Below, piece by piece: positions 46,192 through 52,974 of a stretch of 64,000 nucleotides of DNA. Each line of letters opens with the position of its first letter. Within the stretch, counting starts at the first letter, position 1. The notes beneath the pieces are model-generated. The model was given only the letters and a program-made list of their open reading frames with translations, searched no databases and was not told the DNA's origin. The DNA is from an uncultured virus (IMG/VR IMGVR_UViG_2061766007_000711) (Duplodnaviria; Heunggongvirae; Uroviricota; Caudoviricetes), in IMG/VR virus record IMGVR_UViG_2061766007_000711. One strand, written 5' to 3'. A program made the position numbers and the translations under genes.

Positions 46192-48424
46192 ATGATAGAC
46201 TTCAATCAATACACCGAGATGTGCGACGTACTCACCCAGTGGGCGAAGGAATACGCCGCGGGCACGCCTTCCGTACCGGACGACGTATACGACAGGAACT
46301 ACATCATGCTCAAGGAGTTCGAGGCGGCCAACCCGGATTTCATCCTCGATACTTCGCCTACCCGCCACGTAGAGGACGGCGCCGAGGGCTTCCGTAAGGT
46401 AAGGCACGAAATCCCGATGATTTCCATTTCCAACTCCAACGGCATCGAGGAGGCAACCGAGTGGTGCACCCAGACAATGGAGAAGGCGCCCACCCTGGAG
46501 CTTGAATACAAGATTGACGGCCTAGGCCTAGCCCTGAAGTACAAGGACGGCCAGCTGATGGATGCCGTCACCCGTGGAAAGGACAACGTGGGCGACTCCG
46601 TCTACGAGAACGCACTGCGTGTCCGCAGAATCCCCCACAAGATTGACCTCATGGGAGACGTGGAGATTCGTGGCGAGGTCGTATGGAAGTTCGCGGACTT
46701 CGAGCCCATCAACGACCAGCTCGAGGCCGACGGCAAGAAGACCTTCGCCAACCCGAGGAATGGCGCCGCCGGTACACTCAAGATGCACGACCCGGAGGAG
46801 GTCGGCCGCAGGGGACTATCCTTCATCGGATACCTCATTGTCAAGGGCAGCCCGAACATGACCCAGACCAAGGACATCGACACCCTGGAGGAACTGGGAT
46901 TNNNNNNNNNNNNNNNNNNNNNNNNNNNNNNNNNNNNNNNNNNNNNNNNNNNNNNNNNNNNNNNNNNNNNNNNNNNNNNNNNNNNNNNNNNNNNNNNNNN
47001 NNNNNNNNNNNNNNNNNNNNNNNNNNNNNNNNNNNNNNNNNNNNNNNNNNNNNNNNNNNNNNNNNNNNNNNNNNNNNNNNNNNNNNNNNNNNNNNNNNNN
47101 NNNNNNNNNNNNNNNNNNNNNNNNNNNNNNNNNNNNNNNNNNNNNNNNNNNNNNNNNNNNNNNNNNNNNNNNNNNNNNNNNNNNNNNNNNNNNNNNNNNN
47201 NNNNNNNNNNNNNNNNNNNNNNNNNNNNNNNNNNNNNNNNNNNNNNNNNNNNNNNNNNNNNNNNNNNNNNNNNNNNNNNNNNNNNNNNNNNNNNNNNNNN
47301 NNNNNNNNNNNNNNNNNNNNNNNNNNNNNNNNNNNNNTCTGCACAATTGGGACCTGGTAGACTACCTAGGTCTCCACAAGGGCTGCCATGTCGTAATCCG
47401 CAAGGCCGGCGAGATTATCCCCGAGCTTGTAAAGTGCGTTGAGACCGGCAGGACCAAGGACGAGTACGAGGTGCTCCGCGCCAAGGCCGACAGGGAACAT
47501 GTAGCCCACGTCATGCCGTGGAACCCCACCACCGAGGCCGAGCGTCAATATGCCCGCTATACCAGGCCGTCACATTGCCCCTACTGCGGTGCAGTATTGA
47601 AGTGCCAGGTGAACGAATCCGGGAAGGAACTGGTGGGCTGGGTATGCGACAACCCGGACTGCAAGGCGCAGCTTACCGGGAAGCTTTCCAACTTCGTATC
47701 CCGCGAATGCATGAACATCATGGGCGTGGGAGAGTCCATCGTGGACCAGCTCGTGGAGTCAGGCATGGTATCATGCTTCGCCGACCTGTATACGCTGAAC
47801 GTGACAGCCGTGGCATCCTGGTGCGGCAAGACAGGTGCCGGCGCGCAGAAGATTATCGACTCCATCCAGAAGTCCAAGGGAAACTACCTGCACCAGCTCA
47901 TAGAGGGACTGTCGATTCCAGGCATAGGCCACCAGGTGTCACCGGCAATCGCCAAGTGCGTCTCCGACGCGGGCGGGTTCACGAAGTTCGTCTCGTCCAA
48001 CCCGGACGAGTGTGCGGAGTTCATCAGGGACTTCGCTATCAACGCATCCTCGTCCGGCGTGTCCGACCTCCTCGCCAACAAGTTCGTCGAGTACATCACG
48101 AACAATACGGCCCAGATTGCACGGTTCGTCAGCATGGGTGTCGCACAGACAGTCAAGGAAGTCCAGTCGGCCAAGCTCGCCGGAAAGGTCTGCATTATGA
48201 CCGGCACGTTCGAGAAGCTCGACCGCGACGTGTTCAAGGACATGGTCGTCGCCAACGGCGGGACTATCTGTTCCTCCATTACCAAGAAGTGCAACGTGGT
48301 CCTCATGGGGGACAACGCGGGACCTTCCAAGGTCCAGAAGATAAAGGACCTCACCGCCACCGGGCAGCATATCGACGTATATACCCCGGAAACCCTCGAC
48401 CAGTTCCTGGAACTACTCAAGTGA
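46192..48424 (+). CDS. ligA: NAD-dependent DNA ligase (gap in middle)
   Basis: EYKIDG adenylation motif, TRG, EIRGE, ANPRNGAAG, KAGEIIP, C4 zinc finger, HhH and BRCT domains. Confidence 0.95.
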
Positions 48425-49012
48425 GGACGCCATGGCAGGCCGGACTGAATCTATTTACGTCAACTGCACCTCCGGGTTCGGCATCGGGTTCACGTGCCAG
48501 ATATGCGGAAATGGCCAGGAGCTGCCACCGGGAGTTACCCGAGTAGGACTCGCCATGTGCGACAATTGCAAGAAGGTGCTTCTCGAACTCGTACAGAACC
48601 ACAAGAGCAACTGGGGTAACCATGAATAAGTTGTTTGTAATTTCCATATTCGTCTCGATGCTGGCCCTCTTCGCACTGCAGTCGTGCGGCGACGAGGTCA
48701 CAAGCCAGCCAGACGAGGAATGCGTAACCATAGACGACAGCACTAGGCTGTGTGGAGATACAGAATGGACCGTATACTGAAATCGTATTCTCGCGATGAA
48801 ATTGCCGCGATGGAACCGGGAGACGACCGGTTCTACCTAGCAGAAGATGTCGAGAAGGAAATCGGGAAATTGAAAAGGAAGTTCCGGGAGCTCAAGGAAA
48901 AATCCGAAAACAGTCAAAAGGTAGTCTGCAAGGACGACCAGTGGATTTGCAACGGCAACGTGCCCGACCCCGACCCGGACGATGTCGCCAGGGGGAACTG
49001 GGGAATATTCGG

Positions 49013-49041
49013 TTGACACCGGGAGATACCTTTGCTATATT
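49013..49041 (+). promoter_or_regulatory. Sigma70-type promoter for tRNA-Gly
   Basis: TTGACA-17 bp-TATATT with extended TG. Confidence 0.75.
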
Positions 49042-49049
49042 GGGAGCAT

Positions 49050-49122
49050 GCGGCGGTAATTCAGTTGGTAGAATATCCGCCTTCCAAGCAGAAAGTCGCC
49101 GGTTCGAGCCCGGTCCGCCGCT
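49050..49122 (+). tRNA. tRNA-Gly(TCC)
   Basis: Cloverleaf, anticodon loop CT-TCC-AA. Confidence 0.9.
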
Positions 49123-49164
49123 CTAATGTAAAGGAAATTTTACAAGAAATTTCCGGCAAACCCC

Positions 49165-49193
49165 TTGAAATCACCGTAGGACTTTGCTAAACT
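49165..49193 (+). promoter_or_regulatory. Promoter of main tRNA operon
   Basis: TTGAAA-17 bp-TAAACT with extended TG. Confidence 0.65.
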
Positions 49194-49213
49194 TATTGCC
49201 AAAGGATAAAGAA

Positions 49214-49321
49214 ATGCAAACTCTGCAATTAAATATCATCGCACGCGAATGTCAGTTGGCCAACGCCGACCGCTTTTTCGCATATGCATATGATAGCAAA
49301 TTGCTAGAGTTGCACCGTTGA
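49214..49321 (+). CDS. Putative 35-aa leader peptide MQTLQLNIIARECQLANADRFFAYAYDSKLLELHR
   Basis: AAGGA SD; lies between promoter and terminator, upstream of tRNAs. Confidence 0.55.
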   Translation: MQTLQLNIIARECQLANADRFFAYAYDSKLLELHR

Positions 49322-49342
49322 TTTCCTTGTTTGATGTTTGAA

Positions 49343-49380
49343 GAGGACCCGGTTGCAACCAAGCAGCCGGGTCCTTTTCT
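49343..49380 (+). terminator. Terminator/attenuator hairpin upstream of tRNA array (second copy at about 50182-50219)
   Basis: GGACCCGGTTGC-AACCAA-GCAGCCGGGTCC-TTTTCTT. Confidence 0.8.
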
Positions 49381-49394
49381 TATACCAGACATAT

Positions 49395-49467
49395 GGGCCG
49401 CTAGCCTAATGGTAAGGCACCTGATTTGCATTCAGGAGACTATGGGTTCGACTCCCATGCGTGTCCA
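49395..49467 (+). tRNA. tRNA-Ala(TGC), bulged acceptor stem
   Basis: Cloverleaf, G3-U70. Confidence 0.85.
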
Positions 49468-49526
49468 CTAGGGCTTCCCCACCGAGGGACGTCCGCAGAT
49501 TGACAGTTCGGTATGATTTTCTTTTT

Positions 49527-49600
49527 GGGCCATTAGCTCAATTGGTAGAGCGCCTGTCTGGCAGACAGGAGGTTACCGGTTCGACCCCGGTATGCGTCCA
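49527..49600 (+). tRNA. tRNA-Ala(GGC), bulged acceptor stem
   Basis: Cloverleaf, G3-U70. Confidence 0.85.
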
Positions 49601-49610
49601 GTACAATTTT

Positions 49611-49682
49611 GGGTCATTAGTTCAATGGTAGAACTCCCGGTCCGCATCCGGGGGATACCGGTTCGACTCCGGTATGTATCCA
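49611..49682 (+). tRNA. tRNA-Ala(CGC), bulged acceptor stem, C33
   Basis: Cloverleaf, G3-U70. Confidence 0.8.
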
Positions 49683-49686
49683 CTAC

Positions 49687-49763
49687 GGTCACTTAGCTCA
49701 GCTGGATTTCAGAGCGCCGTGCTACGAACGCGGAGGCCGGGAGTTCGAACCTCTCAGTGACTA
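49687..49763 (+). tRNA. tRNA-Arg(ACG)
   Basis: Cloverleaf, CT-ACG-AA. Confidence 0.9.
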
Positions 49764-49778
49764 CTAACAAATTAACTC

Positions 49779-49851
49779 GGTCCCTTCGGCCAGCGGTTCA
49801 AGCCATCGCACTTTCTATGCGAATACCCCGGTTCGAATCCGGGAGGGACTA
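49779..49851 (+). tRNA. tRNA-Glu(TTC), U37
   Basis: Cloverleaf, CT-TTC-TA. Confidence 0.8.
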
Positions 49852-49865
49852 CTAAATGGGATTTT

Positions 49866-49955
49866 GGGGCATTATCCATGCCCTGTACCGCAACATTCCG
49901 CGACGGCGGTGACCGGCACAGGGCGAAGCAGGGACGCCTGCAAAGTGCTCCACCA
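49866..49955 (+). ncRNA. Small RNA with Ala-type acceptor stem and encoded CCA (partial second copy 51486-51541)
   Basis: GGGGCATT pairs with AGTGCTCC-ACCA (G3-U70, A73); two internal hairpins; no D- or T-loop. Confidence 0.6.
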
Positions 49956-50030
49956 CCGCGACTGGTGTAACTGGTTAACACGCCGCTCTGATAAGGCGGA
50001 GATGTCCTCGTTCGAGTCGAGGGTCGCGGA
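49956..50030 (+). tRNA. tRNA-Ile(GAT)
   Basis: Cloverleaf, CT-GAT-AA. Confidence 0.88.
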
Positions 50031-50037
50031 CTATTGA

Positions 50038-50112
50038 CCCGGCAGGGGTCTTCATGAATGCTCCCGGTATGCACCGGGAGGAAGGTTAGATTCCTTCCTG
50101 ATTCCTGCCGGG
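50038..50112 (+). ncRNA. tRNA-like structured RNA with 13-bp closing stem and T-arm-like hairpin
   Basis: CCCGGCAGGGGTC/GATTCCTGCCGGG; GAAGG-TTAGATT-CCTTC. Confidence 0.5.
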
Positions 50113-50118
50113 CCGCCA

Positions 50119-50168
50119 GCCGCTGTAGCTCAGTTGGTAGAGCGGAAGCCTGAAGAGCTTCGCGTCGG
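50119..50168 (+). tRNA. tRNA-Phe(GAA), truncated by gap
   Basis: D arm and anticodon arm CT-GAA-GA. Confidence 0.8.
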
Positions 50169-50231
50169 NNNNNNNNNNGATGGACCCGGTTGCAACCAAG
50201 CAGCCGGGTCCTTTTCTTATACCAGACATAC

Positions 50232-50307
50232 GGGCCTGTGGCAGAATGGAATTGCCCCTCCCCTGCAAGGAGTGTGTTTTTGTGGGTTCGAGTCCCACCA
50301 GTGTCCA
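50232..50307 (+). tRNA. tRNA-Ala(TGC), bulged acceptor stem, C33
   Basis: Cloverleaf, CC-TGC-AA, G3-U70. Confidence 0.75.
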
Positions 50308-50358
50308 CTANNNNNNNNNNNNNNNNNNNNNNNNNNNNNNNNNNNNNNNNNNNNNNNN

Positions 50359-50430
50359 GGGCCATTAGCGCAATGGTAGAGCACTTCCATGGCATGGAAG
50401 AGGTTACCGGTTCGAGTCCGGTATGGTCCA
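50359..50430 (+). tRNA. tRNA-Ala(GGC), regular acceptor stem
   Basis: Cloverleaf, AT-GGC-AT. Confidence 0.88.
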
Positions 50431-50515
50431 GTATAAATGGAGTCAGAGTAAATCGAACCCAGATGATTTATTGGTATTCCCATAAACTATCACTAGATAA
50501 ATTGTGGGGTTTACC

Positions 50516-51331
50516 ATGATAGTTAGTGCGAAAAGATTGAATGCAAATCGGCGTAATTGGGAACTTGGCCGAAAAAAATGTGCTGAAGCTAGGAGGCAAC
50601 GTGCTAAATATAATAATGAATTGATACCTGTTGAATGCGTATGTGAGCATTGCAATAAAACCTTTATCAGAATGGTTAAACGTATTGATGCAGAAAATAA
50701 TAGATTGCCGCGGCATTGCTCACGTAGTTGTGCTAACTCACGGCCACGAACTGAGGAGGTAAAAAATAAAGTTAGCAAGAAATTGTCGAGAATCAAATTT
50801 GTCGATGGCAAACGAATACAATTAAACCCAATTGTATGTAAAGGTTGTGGGAAGATACTGTCTAAGGTTAATGGTAGATATAGACGCTATTGTTCGGAAG
50901 AATGCAAACAAGCCCACATATATCATATGGTGAATGATGAATTTAGGGGAACTTATAGGCAATATCGGCAAGCCTGTTCGTTCAAGTTCAACTTGGCTTC
51001 ATATCCGGAAGAATTTGATTTTGAGTTGATTAAGAAATATGGTTTTTATAGTCCAAAGAACAAGAAGGATAATCCAAATGGTGTCACCCGTGACCATATG
51101 TATAGTGTACGCGAAGGATTAGAGAACAATGTTCCTCCCTGGATACTGGCACACCCAGCAAATTGCCAGTTAATGCTTCATGTGGACAATGTATCCAAGT
51201 ATAGTCATTGTTCAATTACCTTGGATGAATTGAAGGAACGTATTAGAATATGGGATGACAAATATGGTAAGTATATTCCATGTACTAGAAAAGAGATGCA
51301 TGAACTTGATAATAATGCTCCATTAGCTTAA
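50516..51331 (+). CDS. Free-standing HNH-type homing endonuclease with zinc-finger motifs
   Basis: CEHC..HCSRSC, CKGC..YCSEEC, RDHMYS..HPANCQLM...N; AT-rich insert between tRNAs. Confidence 0.75.
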   Translation: MIVSAKRLNANRRNWELGRKKCAEARRQRAKYNNELIPVECVCEHCNKTFIRMVKRIDAENNRLPRHCSRSCANSRPRTEEVKNKVSKKLSRIKFVDGKRIQLNPIVCKGCGKILSKVNGRYRRYCSEECKQAHIYHMVNDEFRGTYRQYRQACSFKFNLASYPEEFDFELIKKYGFYSPKNKKDNPNGVTRDHMYSVREGLENNVPPWILAHPANCQLMLHVDNVSKYSHCSITLDELKERIRIWDDKYGKYIPCTRKEMHELDNNAPLA

Positions 51332-51388
51332 CCGGAAGAGCGCCCGGCTACGGACCGGAAGATTGGGATTCGAATTCCTGGTGGAGCA
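51317..51388 (+). tRNA. tRNA-Arg(ACG)
   Basis: Cloverleaf, CT-ACG-GA; overlaps the HNH stop codon. Confidence 0.8.
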
Positions 51389-51397
51389 CTACATTTC

Positions 51398-51471
51398 AGG
51401 ACCTTAGAATACGTTGGCTAGTTCACCGCCCTTTCACGGCGGAGAATCCGGGTCGGCACCGGGAGGTCCTA
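51398..51471 (+). tRNA. tRNA-Glu(TTC)
   Basis: Cloverleaf, CT-TTC-AC; atypical T-loop GTCGGCA. Confidence 0.8.
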
Positions 51472-51559
51472 CTAAATGGGATTTGGGGGCCTTATCCATG
51501 CCCTGTACCGCAACATTCCGCGACGGCGGTGACCGGCACAGNNNNNNNNNNTACATTAT

Positions 51560-51632
51560 TCCACCTTAGCTCAGTTGGTAGAGCGTCCGACTGTTAATCG
51601 GATGGTCCCACGTTCGAGTCGTGGAGGTGGAG
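51560..51632 (+). tRNA. tRNA-Asn(GTT)
   Basis: Cloverleaf, CT-GTT-AA. Confidence 0.92.
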
Positions 51633-51641
51633 CTAAAACGA

Positions 51642-51712
51642 TGGGGACTGGTGTAACGGTAGCACGCTAGACTCTGACTCTGGAAGTAGAGGTTCGAAAC
51701 CTTTGTCCCCAA
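51642..51712 (+). tRNA. tRNA-Gln(CTG)
   Basis: Cloverleaf, CT-CTG-AC. Confidence 0.9.
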
Positions 51713-51715
51713 TAG

Positions 51716-51799
51716 CCCGTGATGGCGGAATCGGTAGACGCGGGAGACTCAAAATCTCTTGTCCGCAAGGATGTGCAGGTTCAAGTCCTGCTCTCGGGA
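51716..51799 (+). tRNA. tRNA-Leu(CAA)
   Basis: Long variable arm, CT-CAA-AA. Confidence 0.9.
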
Positions 51800-51803
51800 C
51801 TAT

Positions 51804-51887
51804 CCGGTAGTGTTGGAATGGTAGACAATGTGGACTTAAAATCCATTGGAGGTAACCTCCGTGCGGGTTCAAGTCCCGCCTTCCGGA
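51804..51887 (+). tRNA. tRNA-Leu(TAA)
   Basis: Long variable arm, CT-TAA-AA. Confidence 0.9.
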
Positions 51888-51891
51888 CTAA

Positions 51892-51966
51892 GGCGGCGTA
51901 GCTCAACCGGACTAGAGCAGGAGATTTCTAATCTCCCGGTTGCCCGTTCGAGTCGGGCCGTCGTCT
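51892..51966 (+). tRNA. tRNA-Arg(TCT)
   Basis: Cloverleaf, TT-TCT-AA. Confidence 0.85.
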
Positions 51967-51969
51967 TTC

Positions 51970-52040
51970 TGGCCTGTGGTGTAATGGTAGCACGTGTGGT
52001 TTTGAGCCACCTGGTCTGGGTTCGAGTCCTGGTTGGCCAA
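51970..52040 (+). tRNA. tRNA-Gln(TTG)
   Basis: Cloverleaf, TT-TTG-AG. Confidence 0.82.
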
Positions 52041-52047
52041 CTAATTT

Positions 52048-52137
52048 CCCGTGGTGATGGAATTGGTAGACATGCCGGATTTAGGCTCCGGTGCTGTATT
52101 CGCATGCAGCATACAGGTTCGACCCCTGTCCTCGGGA
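52048..52137 (+). tRNA. tRNA-Leu(TAG)
   Basis: Long variable arm, TT-TAG-GC. Confidence 0.9.
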
Positions 52138-52145
52138 CTATATAT

Positions 52146-52220
52146 GCACTCGTCGCCAAGCTGGACTAAGGCGGGGGCCTGCAAAGCCCCTATTCGGGAG
52201 TTCGAATCTCTCCGAGTGCT
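52146..52220 (+). tRNA. tRNA-Cys(GCA)
   Basis: Cloverleaf, CT-GCA-AA, U73. Confidence 0.92.
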
Positions 52221-52236
52221 CGAATTTTCATATCAC

Positions 52237-52266
52237 TTGCCACGCTCGGCAAAAATTTGCTATATT
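52237..52266 (+). promoter_or_regulatory. Promoter upstream of ncRNA / Cas12-like cluster
   Basis: TTGCCA-18 bp-TATATT with extended TG. Confidence 0.6.
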
Positions 52267-52334
52267 TGTCTTCGAACAGGGCAATCCCCCGAGATTCCCG
52301 CGCAGATTTACATTTCGGATGCAATTAAAACGTA

Positions 52335-52411
52335 GCGTGTCGTACGCCAACTGGTCGAGCGGCGGGTAGCGAATGCCCGTGGCATGCAGGTCCAAATCCT
52401 GTCCTCACGCA
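52335..52411 (+). ncRNA. Degenerate tRNA-like RNA (anticodon uncertain)
   Basis: D, anticodon and T stems pair; mismatched acceptor; T-loop TCCAAAT. Confidence 0.55.
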
Positions 52412-52417
52412 TATTTT

Positions 52418-52509
52418 ACCCTTGATACCGGTGTCTGCCGGCGGCTCATCCATGGCCGCGCCTCCTAAAGGTTGTTGTGTTCTCTAGCGGTGGGCACCGG
52501 TATCGGGGT
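52418..52509 (+). ncRNA. Unknown structured RNA with about 21-bp GU-rich terminal stem
   Basis: CCTTGATACCGGTGTCTGCCG pairs with CGGTGGGCACCGGTATCGGGG; inner GCGGC/GCCGC hairpin. Confidence 0.55.
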
Positions 52510-52519
52510 GGAGTTTTAT

Positions 52520-52593
52520 CGCGGGTTGGAGCAGTTGGTAGCTCGCAAGGCCCATAACCTTGAGGTCGCGGCGTTCGAGTCCCGCACCCGCTA
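52520..52593 (+). tRNA. tRNA-fMet-like (CAT), C33
   Basis: CGCGGG start, 1:72 mismatch, CC-CAT-AA. Confidence 0.8.
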
Positions 52594-52974
52594 CGAGTTC
52601 CCTAAACATCCTCCCGGGGCCAACCGGGAGGCTCCCGGCGCCCGGCCGGGGACAACCGGGCAAACCNNNNNNNNNNCAGGTATATCCTTTGGGGCTAGTG
52701 CAGTAGCATAAGTTGCGGAATAGTGGCTAGGGTACCGTTCGGGGAAGCCTAGTAATGCGCTGTCGAGATTCTAGTTTGGGTGTACACGTGATTAGCCTAG
52801 GTTTAAATTGCGTGGAGCCCAATATGGACGCGCCGGGTATGCACCGGCAAGTCCAGACGTCGGGTGCGCCCGTCGAAACGACGTAAAATAAGACAGAGTG
52901 CGGCTNNNNNNNNNNTAATATTACTTACGAAGCTAACCATAAGGGGCAAGCAAGTATTTAATCAAGGAGTCATC

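Noticed and set aside
37527..47338. Frameshifts in the 33510 gene and ligA as pseudogenes, introns or programmed frameshifts
   Set aside because: Frame changes coincide with N gaps of estimated length
51892..51966. Amber suppressor tRNA (CTA) and stop-codon recoding
   Set aside because: Loop register gives TCT (Arg); long genes are intact in the standard code and TAG, TGA and TAA all end genes
52677..52905. CTAG-spaced segment as a CRISPR array
   Set aside because: Only 4-6 nt shared, spacing irregular (32, 22, 22, 26); CTAG copies are better explained as hairpin arms
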